From Harriotta raleighana (Eukaryota), in NCBI GenBank assembly GCA_050575255.1, contig JBNZDD010013721.1, forward strand, positions 3,681,907 to 3,745,906: a stretch of 64,000 nt of DNA, given 5' to 3'. The position numbers were made by a program, and so were the translations under genes. Shown here piece by piece: positions 1 to 10,602 of this stretch. Each line of letters begins with the position of its first letter. Positions within the stretch are counted from its first letter, which is position 1. The notes under the pieces are model-generated. The model did not search any database and had not been told where the DNA came from. It saw only the letters and a list, made by a program, of their open reading frames with translations.

Positions 1-46
1 ATCAATTAATGCATCCTTTGAATTTTTAAACTCTTCAAAGATGTTT

Positions 47-2256
47 ATCATAGAATCATAAAATGTTACGGCACAGAAGGAGGCCATTCGGCCCATCGAG
101 TCTGTGCCGGCTCTTTGACAGAGCAATGTCACTTTCATTAACCCCAATCACCAGCTTTCTCCCCATAACCCTGCAAACCCGTCTTCCCCAGATACCTATC
201 CAGTTCTCTCTTAAAAGCTGCTATTGAATCGGACCTCACTACCCTTTCGGGCAGATCATTCCAAATTCGAACAACTCGTTAAGTGAAAACATTTCTTCGA
301 ACCTCCCCTCTGCTTCTTTTGGTAGATATTTTAAGACTGTGACCACGGAATCAGCTTTTCCCTATCTAGCCTGTCAAAATCTTTCATGATCTTGAAGATC
401 TTTATCAGGTCCCCGNGTAACCTTCTCTGCTCTAATGGGAAAAGTCCTAACTTCTCCAGCCTGTCCTCATAGCTAAGGTTCCCCATTCTTGGAATCATTC
501 TCGTGAATCTCCTCTGCACCCTTTCCAGTGCCTTAATGTCCTTCCTGAAGTAAGGTGCCCAGAACTGGACACAGTACTCCAGCTGAGGCCTAACCAGTGT
601 TTCGTATAAATTAACCATAACTTCCCTACTTCTAAACTCTATGCCCCTGCTAATAAAGCTCAGTACACCAAATGCCTTTTTTACCTGCCCTGCTAACTCT
701 AATGGTTCGCTTACTTGAACACCCAGATCTCTCTGTACGTTCACCCCCCCCCTAGATTGAGCTACCAAGTCTATATTGCCTCCTATCATTTTTCCTACAT
801 AAGTGTATCACCTCACACTTATCCACATTGAAATCCATCTGCCACATGTCAGCCCATTCCACCATTCTGTGTATGTCTGCTTGCAGTTGGTTACAGTTCT
901 CCTCACTATTTACTATCCTACCTAACTTTGTATCATCTGCAAACTTGGAAATAGTGCTTTCTATCCCCAAGTCCAGATCATTAATATATACTAGAAAGAG
1001 CAGTGGTCCCAATACCGATCCCTGGGGGACACCGCTGCACACCTCCTTCCATTTCGAGAAACACCCATTAACCACCACCCTCTGCTTTCTGTCCCTCAGC
1101 CAGTTCTTAATCCAAACTGCCACTGTCCCCTTGATACCATGGGCCACTAATTTTTTTTATTAATCTCTTATGAGGTACTGTGTCAAAAGCCTTTTTGAAA
1201 TCCATGTAAATAATGTCCACCGCATTTCCCTCATCAACCCTCGCAGTCACCTCTTCAAAAAATTCTATTAGATTTGTTAGGCAAGATTTGCCTTCAACAA
1301 ATCCATGTTGGCTGTCTCTAATTATCTCGTGTTCCTCTAAATAGAGATTTATTCCATCCCAGATTATGGTCTCCAGTAGTTTTCCTATTACAGAAGTAAG
1401 GCTGACTGGCCTGTAATTTCCGGGTTTGTCTTTCTGCCCCATTTTGTAGAGGGGGGTAACATTAACCACACTTCAGTCTCTTGGCACCACTCCTGTGTCC
1501 AATGAAGATTGAAATATGATGGCCAAAGCCTCCGCTATTTGAACCCGTATCTCCCATAGCAACCTTGGGTGAAACCCATCTGGTCCTGGTGACTTGTCAA
1601 TTTTGAGCCCAGTCAAAATTTTCAGAACTTTCTCTCTGCCTATAGTAATCTGATCTATTTCCTCTACCCTCTCATCCAATACTGCGGCATTTGGGGCATC
1701 TATTTCCGTTTTGAAGACAGATGCAAAGTATTCATTCAGTACATCAGCCATGCCCTCTGCCTCCACAACAAGATTGCCATCATTGTCTTTGATTGGCCCC
1801 ACCCTACCTTTAACTAATCCTTTTTCCTTTATGTGCTTATAAAATATTTTAGGATTCCCTTTTATGTTCCCCGCTAACCTCTTCTCATGTGATCTTTTAG
1901 CCTGTCTTATCACTCTTTTAAGATCATTCCTGCATTCTCTATAATGCGCTTTGCTATCCTCAGTATCTTGTATCTTCCAATTGTCGTATGCCGTCTTCTT
2001 TTTTTTCATCCTAGACAGAATATCCCTGGTCATCCAGGCTGGCTTGGTTGTCGCACATTTCCCTTTTGTGGAAATATATCTATTTAGACCTTGAGCTATC
2101 ATATCTTTGAAGATCTCCCATTGCTCATGAGTCGTTTTACCTGCCAGTAAGACTGGCCAGTCCACCAACACAGTTTATGAATCTTTCTCCTGCTTTGCCC
2201 TTAGCGCTGCTATTTTGCCAGTCTATATTGGGATAATTGAAATCCCCCATTATCAC
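47..2256 (-). mobile_element. CR1 LINE, 5'-truncated, decayed ORF2 (RT) with 3'UTR and (ATTCTATG)n-type tail
   Basis: The - strand ORFs 1473-2171, 1107-1469, 752-1147 and 331-789 carry [60 protein letters not shown] and LEQRRLxGDLI, split by frameshifts. The tail reads atcatagaatcata at 47-60 on +. The 5' end (2171-2256) matches the endonuclease region of the copy at 9351-9438. Confidence 0.96.
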
Positions 2257-5200
2257 ATTAATACATTAACTCTCCTTTCTCTAAGTAAATCATCATATAT
2301 TTGAAACTCAATTGCCTGTTCAAATATTTTCTCATTGTTTTATTGATCTCTTCTATTGCTACCACATACTAGTTATGTATTTTGCTGTTTTAATATCAAA
2401 TATGAATGCTTTGTTTCTTACAGGTAAAACAAATTCCTTTTTACATAGTTTAGTGAATTACAACAAATGTGGGTCTTAAAAGAAAAATGTATAGTTTAGA
2501 ATACGGTTTCTGTAATGATATTGTTATGTTCATAATCCAAAACACAGTTTCCATTCATCAGTTCCTTTATTTAAACTTCACACTTCCACTCTCTTCCACA
2601 ATCTGCCCAGATCTTTCCAATCCTATTATATTTGCTTGCTGCCCATTGTCAATGTTCAATTGGCATTTAAGTGATAAAGCAGTATGCAACACATACAAAT
2701 TCATTGAGAACTTATTGAAACTTTACTCAAATCCGGAAAAAAAACAGATTGCTTCACTTGTTTTTTTGAACAATTCAACAGCTCAAATAAATTCAAATTT
2801 ACAGTTATCAATTCGCAAGTGGGGAAGGTAGACATTGATTTTTTTTAGAAAAGGAGTTACTGAAATTGATAAGGTGACTTTTTTTATAAATTGTGAAAGA
2901 GTTTGGGAATTGGTTCCACATTTAGACTTCATTGGACCAATTCTTCTTCTAGGATTTACAAGGTGCTGAGTTTCTCTGTGTAGAATGTGGTAAGAATTTG
3001 TCCTACACATTTTATCTGGCATTAATAATGTTGGAAATAGCAGCTCAAATGCTTGGTTTAACTGGAAGTGAATCACAATCAGGTTGCTTATGTCTTTTGA
3101 GTTTCGCTGCAGCCTACATCTCTGTAATAAACAATTGTGTTAAGTGTAAACTCTTGTTAAACTGGAGTTGCAGGGAGAAATCCCTTGGATTGCCATGGGC
3201 CAAGTGTACATTTAAGGCTTGCCAGATTGTCTCTCTTATCTCTTCTATGCTTAGGATTCAGCATTTCAGAATCGGACTTTGTATTGGCTTCATATCAATC
3301 TTTGAAGCTCAGGTGCAAGTAGAGTATGAGAGATTTCCTGTTCAGTTGCTTCTCCCAGAGTTATAAATCATATTCAGATGATCTTTAATATTTATAATGT
3401 CACTGTTGCAAAATAGATCAAATAGAATATGTTTGTTTTCAATGCCGAATAAATCTGGTATATGGATCTGGGCTGGATTTGAACACTCCTTGATGAACAC
3501 TAATACCAACAAGGTCGTGAATTATTTACATACACTCTCAACGCAACAAGCATTCTTGATTCTGCACTCTGGCGAAAATCAACCAACTAGCCCAGTCAAT
3601 GAAAACTTTAATCTTCTTTAAACTGGTTTGTCAAATTGCACTAACATTTTAACGCAAGCTAAGGTATGGCAATTAAATCTTAAAGTTTTACTACTTAATG
3701 ATAAAAGATATCTTTCTGCTTTCAATTCATCACACTATGGCTGGTTTGGCACTTGCTCTTTGTGAATTTAAATGGTGTTGCTTGTGTAGAATATAAGCAT
3801 GATTATTCGCTATCGTCACACAAATGGATCTTGCACAGTAAAAACGCAGCACACGGATGAATCATAGTCAAAACTTGGTAAAACAAAAACCTTCTACATG
3901 TCCAAAGTTGTTCGGTGATTCCCATTAAATTCTGTTAAAACCATTGTTTAGTTAATGGAATTTGACTAAATGTTTCCAAATTTGGGGGGGAAAAAAGTTC
4001 TGCTTAAGACAAGATAGATATTCGCTTAAATTAATAAGTTCCTATCTTAAAACTCTGGTATAGTGGAACCTTGGATTGATATTACAATTGATTGATAATA
4101 TATTACAACCAGAACTTTAGCTCCGGGTAGCGTTTTAATATGGAGCCAAGTACAGGACTTCCCTTTGGTTTTTGGGGCAGAGCTAAGTCCCATGAAAATT
4201 GTCAACCTTACAATCATACATAAGGAATATACAGGTCAGTTAGACTACTAATATTGAGGTTCTGATTCTAGATTGGAATAATTGAACTCTGCTGTGTAAG
4301 AGACACAATTCTAAGATGAACTGGTTACTTGTTAAATTTGGATACAATAGCCCACTCAGAGAGGCTGACTTGCACTGCACTGAATCCGTAAGTGTTTCAG
4401 ATTCTTTGATTACACTTTTGGAAGAGGTGAACTCTCATTACCCAAGCAGTTTCCAGAACGCCTTTACCTTGTCTACCATGGATTATTCATTCTTTATAAT
4501 TACTACTGTACAAGTTCTGACTGTTCAAGTGGATTTTTCTATGAAACAAAATTAATATTAATACATTTTATGCTGTACTCTTCGTGTTGAGAGGATTTCC
4601 CAAATCACAGGATCTATTGTGGAGTGCAGTGACTGCGTATTCAGTGGGTGAAATTCACCTGAATAATGAAAACCTAATGCTCAGGTACGCAACCTCTTTA
4701 AACTCAGCTCAAAGTAATATCATGGGTAAATTACATAAGTGCGTCTATCAAAACTTGTGCAAATGAGTCAGAACTTTACATTCTCGTGTGTCTGTGGTTT
4801 TATTTTGTAATAAGCATCGGGTGATTGCAAAGTAATCTCGGAATTAATCAATTTAATCAGAATTAAATAAATTAATTCCGCACCTCCAATCTCATCATCT
4901 ATCAATGGCAGAAATTTATCAACAGGAATGGAACTCAAGCCTCCAGAAAATTAAGTGTACATATTATCAAATATTTACATAGCTGTGCATCATTTACCAA
5001 GTGTATTCTGGTTTCAGACTTTGTGTATTAAAAGGTTAAGAAAAAGACAAGATAGTAATTCCAAACAGTCAGCTCTACGGGAAAACTGCATGGGCTTGAT
5101 GGATTACATTGCACATAGCTGTAAAACTCTACCATTCAATAATTCAATGATAGGACTGATGCAATTGATTGAAACTTTGGTCCCTTGGTTTGAGGCCATC

Positions 5201-5722
5201 TTCTAAACCTCCTGAATATGATCATTGCCTCGTCAAAGTGAAATACTACAAGTTAAGTCCTGTATCTACGAAAGTTTGAAACCAACTGCGTCTCTGGGGT
5301 TTTTCCTCCTCCTTGAATGACACTGGAAAGACAGCTAAATACCGAAGATGAGGCAACGGTGAAATTTTGCACAGAGACTTGCAGAGAAACTTGTTGCAAT
5401 GAAAGTGAAATTCAGCTGTTGGACGATCATCTCAAGGTTGCATATTTCTTTTGTTATCGATCTGGATTCCCAGCTGGTTTTACAGATCTCCAGTGAAGGA
5501 GTCAGCTGCCTACCTTCTCCACAGTCACACTATTCTTCACATACTGTGGTAAAACAGACTACCCAGTTTCTCGCCTCGGATTGGATATTATGACTAAGGA
5601 TTATGTACAATCGATACCCATTCATGGCATGAGCACAAAACAAGCTGTAACAATTATTTATGATAGTGCTTTGGCACATGATCAGTGTTTGGATGGCCTC
5701 CCAATGTGAAAGGCGAATGTGA

Positions 5723-5790
5723 AATAATAATAATACTTAGATTTATATAGCGCTTTCCACATCTTATTGACGTCCCAAAGCACTTGAAAT
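5723..5790 (-). mobile_element. SINE 3' tail fragment
   Basis: (AAT)n followed by tttatatagcgctttccacatcttattgacgtcccaaagcactt, the reverse complement of the SINE tail at 42037-42108. Confidence 0.8.
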
Positions 5791-6224
5791 TGTGATGTTG
5801 TTGTTGAATAAGTGGAGGTAAAGATATTCTGCTGAGAAACAGAAAAGGGGGGAAACATACGTTCTTGACTATAAAAGGTATAGCAGTTTGTGAGATTGTT
5901 GAGATCCGTCTTCTTTTCAAAGTCCTGCCAAATACAATATTCTTCATTAACTTCTGTTGAACTCAGCATTTCATGTTCTGCAAGACTTAGTCCTGGAATG
6001 AGGACTACTCTGTTTTATACCAACATGTGTCCGAATCTAAAGTAGTAAAATATTCAGTTAGGGCCTGATAATTGATTGTAACAACAATTTAAATTTGATG
6101 GACTGCAAATGCACAATTCGTTTTAAATGCATTGGCTCATAGCAGCAACATTCAATATCTGTGTAATAAAACAAAAGGGATTATCCTAGGGAAAATCAAC
6201 CCTCCTAAACAAACAATAATGATT

Positions 6225-6288
6225 TGGTCACTCAATCCTGTGAAGCGCTTTGAGACATCTCACTGACGAGATAAGGCAGTATATCTTT
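6225..6288 (+). mobile_element. SINE 3' tail fragment
   Basis: ctgtgaagcgctttgagacatctcactgacgagataaggcagtatatc matches the family tail. Confidence 0.7.
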
Positions 6289-6289
6289 A

Positions 6290-6628
6290 CCAAGGAGGAA
6301 ACTGGTAACCAATCTGATCTGGAAAGAGAACTAAAGGATGTTGCAGAGAAAAGTTGCATATCACTACCAGCAAGGTTGCCAAACAGCTGTGTAAACTTAA
6401 GGTAAATCAATCTCAGGGGCTGGATAAATTGCATCTGAGGATCCTTGAGGAACTAAGGGAGGAAGTCACAGAAACGCTGGCACAAACCTTTCAAAAATCA
6501 CTGAATACTGGAAAGGTGCCGGAGGACTGGAGAAAGGCAGATGTTACTCCTATTTTTAAGAAGGGTAACAAAAGTGACTCAGGAAACTACAGGCCAGTAA
6601 ATTTGACGTCTATGGTTGGTAAAATTAT
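6290..6628 (+). mobile_element. CR1 ORF2 internal fragment, a different subfamily from the two long copies
   Basis: ORF 6354-6704 reads LKVNQSQGLDKLHLRILEELREEV...GKVPEDWRKADVTPIFKKGNKSDSGNYRPVNLTSMVGK, the CR1 pre-RT region. Confidence 0.9.
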
Positions 6629-6728
6629 AGTTCTGACGAAGGGTCCTGGACCCAAAACATTGACTCACTTTTCCTTTCTCCATAAATGCTGCCTGACCTG
6701 CTGAGTGTTACCAACAATTTCTGTTTTA
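6629..6728 (+). mobile_element. Penelope-like element terminal fragment with degenerate minimal hammerhead core
   Basis: agtt-CTGACGA-a-GGGTC-ctg-GACCC-aaaacattgact followed by ttttcctttctccataaatgctgcctgacctgctgagtg. The same downstream sequence recurs at 51885-51950. Confidence 0.65.
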
Positions 6729-6734
6729 ACAACA

Positions 6735-7090
6735 TTTGGGTTGGGATGAGGGAGGGCAGAGAAGTAGGAGAGAGACTAAAGGCATGGTCGAAGAGGAGGG
6801 TCTTGAGACCAGCCTTGAAGGAAGCCAGGGAAGGAGCAAGGTGAAGAGGTGGTGGGATGGAGTTCCAAAGTGTAGGGGCAGAGAGGTTGAAGACCTGGCC
6901 ACGATTGTAGGGTGGCCGGAGGCTGCTGAACATAGGGAGTGGACTGGTTGATCGGTAGCCAGCAGGTCAGAGAGGCAGGAGGGGAGAAAAGCTGTGGAGT
7001 GCCTTGAAAATGAGAACAAGGATCTTGAATTGGATCCTCTGAGGATTGGGGATACGTGTATGTGCATGCGACCTCCCAGGATGGTGGAAA
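6735..7090 (-). mobile_element. L2 LINE 3' fragment (ORF2 C-terminus)
   Basis: The - strand ORF 6625-6933 reads VFNLSAPTLWNSIPPPLHLAPSLASFKAGLKTLLFDHAF. It is homologous to 26130-26265. Confidence 0.88.
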
Positions 7091-8189
7091 GTGAGCTGGA
7101 TCTTATTTTGTCTAGCATTGCTTATGTTCTTACATCAAACGTACAGATTATTATTATGATTATTGGAATAGGAACTTTCTTGCTAAAGATCTTCAGCATT
7201 GTCTAATGTTATTTAAAATTTCTAACAAGATGGATTAGTTTGTTTTTCCCACTCCAATTTTCTCCTCTCCCTCTCTTGAATCAAGTCGGAGGGACTGTTG
7301 CATAGAATTTAATCCTGAATGGTGAACTATAAGGAAGCAACCACACCACAGAGTGCATTAAAGGAGAGTCTAGCTATTACATGTGGCTTACTAGAGAGTG
7401 AACATGAATATAAGGTTTTGTAGATTCCATATAATTTTATGTAAACTTAAAGTTTGCTTGCATTTAATCAGTTTGTAGCAGTTGTCAAAGTAGACTGTTC
7501 CTGCACTGTTCTGTACACCTTGCTGTAATGCACTATTTGGCACATACCCAAACTCTACATTATGGTAAGGACCTGGGATTGAATCTTGCTTAGCTCACTT
7601 TAGATTGCCTGATCCAACTTTGTCAATTTAAAAAAAAATAACAAAGGGATCTTAAAATGCTATAGAGTAAATTAACCAGGCTTCAAATGTTATCAGGTCA
7701 GTACCTTGGATTTTGAACACGGAGACAGGATGAAGAAAGTACCAATGTATTCGATTAAAAGGGCAAAGTGAGATGGAGAGATCGATTTCTGTAATCTTGT
7801 TGCTTTCAGCTCCCAACCAGTCAGGGATTACTACAGTATAGGCAACTTTTATACTTCAAAATGTGCCTCTTCCCTCACCCTCCCTCCACTTCTCCTGATG
7901 ATCTAGAATAGATTCTCAAGTATTGAATGTCCTGAATTATCATATGGTCTTAAGAAGAATCAAGGAGCTCCCCCTAGGATGAAAGAAAAGCTTTAAAACA
8001 ATACTCGTCATTCTAGCACTGAACACCCTTGATCCATACAATTTTGTATGGTTAATATTGATGCCAATAATAATCCTTGGAGTTGCTATAGAGCCTTTCA
8101 CATTAGGAATAGGTCCCATAGGGCTTCCCGTGATTGACTGTAGATTGTAGAGATTGTGTATTTTGCAGACAAATCTAGAAGCTAATTTT

Positions 8190-8375
8190 CACACAGCAAT
8201 GTCACAGACAGGACCTTGGTTTAACATCTCATTCAAAGCACGGCTTCTCTAACAATGCAGCACTATACTGAAGTTTCAGATGAGAATATATCAGTTCAAA
8301 ATCCTGACATGGTGCTTGAATCCACAAAATTCTGAACTCGGAAGTAAGAGTGTTATTGACAAGCCAGGCTGACAA
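8190..8375 (-). mobile_element. Old long-type (DeuSINE-like) SINE, head/body fragment
   Basis: ccttggtttaacatctcattcaaagcacggc...aatgcagcact...cttgaatccacaaaattctgaactc parallels 33900-33990 and 27960-28090. Confidence 0.55.
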
Positions 8376-9769
8376 TGCAATTTTTAAAAAAACGTGCTTG
8401 GCTTTTGGCCCTTCGATTAGCTAAAGTATATCCATTTTACACAAAATATGGATTTCCTTCGTACCCTCTCTTCCCATTGTATACCAAGAAGCTTCATCTA
8501 CCATGAATAGGGGTTTCAATAGGAGGTCACACTAAAATAAATTGTACATGGCATTTCACTGGAGAATTTGAACAAAATATATTGCAATGATAGTACAACA
8601 CAACAAAATACAGTAAAACTTTGTTTATCCATGATTCGCTGAACCGGAAAACCCGTTTAACCACTATCTCAAAAAAAAATCCCGATTCAATTAACCGGAA
8701 GTTATCCAGCAGAATAATGAAGATGCATTTAATGAATGGATTGTCGCACACGGGTACTGATGCAGTTATATTGGTGGCCGCTAGTTGAGCCTAAAGTCGG
8801 GCTACTGACGTTTTTTAAAAAATTGCGATACTACCGTTTTTTTTAAAAGTGCCATTTTCCCGTTTATTTTCCTCCTTCGGCAGCCATTATAGAAGTTAAG
8901 TATAAATAATAAAGTACTGCTTAGAGCAGGAACAAGCAGACAATTTCCTCAAATGCATGTACCTAATTGCACATAGCTTAGGGAACAAAGTTGATGAGCT
9001 GCAGGTTCAACTGGCCGTAGGGGGTTAAGATGTGGTGGCAGTAACCCAGACATGGCTCAAGCCAGGACAGGAATGGGAGTTAAATATTCCAGGTTATAAT
9101 GTGTTCAGGAAGGATAGGGAAGGAAGAAAAGGAGGAGGGGTGGCAATATTAGTTAAGGATACAATTACAGCTATAGAAAGGAACGAGGCTCTGGAGGGCC
9201 CGACAACAGAATCCATCTGGTTAGAGATCAGAAATAAGAAAGGAGTAGTTACACTGATAGGGGTTTACTATAGACCACCAGACAGCGGGAAGGAGATAGA
9301 GGAGCAGATCTGCAACCAGATCACGGATAGATGTAAGGCAAACAGAGTTGTGATAATGGGGGATTTCTATTATCCCAATATAGACTGGCAAAATAGCAGC
9401 ACTAAGGGCAAAGCAGGAGAAAGATTCATAAACTGTGTACAGGAAAATTTTCTTGAGCAGTGTCTCCAGTCCTACGAGGAAGGAAGTATTGCTGGATCTT
9501 GTCCTGGGGAATGAATTGGTCAGGTTGAACAGGTTTCGGTAGGGGAGCATCTAGGTAACAGTAACCATAATATTATTAGATTTAGATTAATCATGAACAG
9601 GGTCAAAATACAGTCAAGGGTGAAAATGCTTGACTGGAAAAGGGCTAATTTTGATGGGCTAAAAGGGACCTAGAGTTGGTGGACTGGCAAGTAAGACTGG
9701 CAGGTAAAACGACTCATGAGCAATGGGAGATCTTCAAAGATGTGATAGCTCAAGATCTAAATAGATATA

Positions 9770-10602
9770 CAGTAAAACCTCGTTTATCCGTGACTCGATG
9801 AACCGAAAAATCAGTTCAACCACCACCTAAAAAAAAAGGTCCCGATTCGATTAACCATAAGTTATTCGGCTAATAGTGATTGTGTTCAATGAATGGACTT
9901 TTCCAAGAGAGTGCAGTACTCGTGACTGCAGTACTTGTGATTGGCCACTAGGTGTGTCTAAACTGGTGAGACACTCGGAGCCCTGGAGCAGCAGCCATTT
10001 TTTCAGGTGAGGGAGAGGAACACACAGATAGAGGGACAGACACAGATAGACACACACACAGAGACACAGAGAGATACACACTCAGATACAGAGAGGGAGG
10101 GAAAGACAGAGACACACACAGATACATAGCGAGAAAGAGGGGGAGAGAGAGACACACACAGACAGATGCACACACACAGACAAAGACAGACAGAGAGAGA
10201 CACACACCTAGACAGACAGAGAGAGAGAGAGAGAGACACACACACACATACACACCCACAGAGAGACAGAGAGAGAAAAAGTCGCGATTTTTCCAACCTT
10301 GTTCGTTTTTATCTTGTTAATGGAAACTCATGCATAGTAATGCTTGCATAAGCATCACAACACAGAAGTTACTACGTTGGTCGATTTGACCTAAAATAGG
10401 TCGGGTGAGGGCTGCGATTGCAAAGTTAAGTATAAATAAAAATACTAACACAATATTCTGTTGTTATTAAGTATTATTAATATGGTATGTGTTAAAATAT
10501 TTTTTAAAAATTAATTATTTTTAAAAAGCTGTTCAAACCGGAAAAACGATTTAAGCGCTACCGGCCAGGTCCCATGGGTGCCGGATAAACAAGGTTTTAC
10601 TG
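9770..10602. mobile_element. Inner Tigger/pogo-type MITE (833 bp) with TA target-site duplication
   Basis: TA|CAGTAAAACCTCGTTTATCCG ... CGGATAAACAAGGTTTTACTG|TA, with TA at 9768-9769 and 10603-10604. The empty site is visible in the other CR1 copy at ~2065-2090. Confidence 0.93.
10010..10276. repeat. Compound (GA)n/(CA)n low-complexity microsatellite inside the inner MITE
   Basis: Runs of gagagaga, cacacaca and gacaga. These generate the spurious LSVCVC-type ORFs. Confidence 0.95.

Noticed and set aside
5317-5496. 59-aa ORF MTLERQLNTEDEATVKFCTETCRETCC... and a possible - strand exon at 5514-5644
   Set aside because: No recognisable homology. The two - strand frames I translated hit stops, and splice support is weak.
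9437-9676. The segment missing from CR1 copy 1 as a spliced GT-AG intron
   Set aside because: GT and AG lie near the ends, but no placement of the junction gives both. They are out of register by one base.
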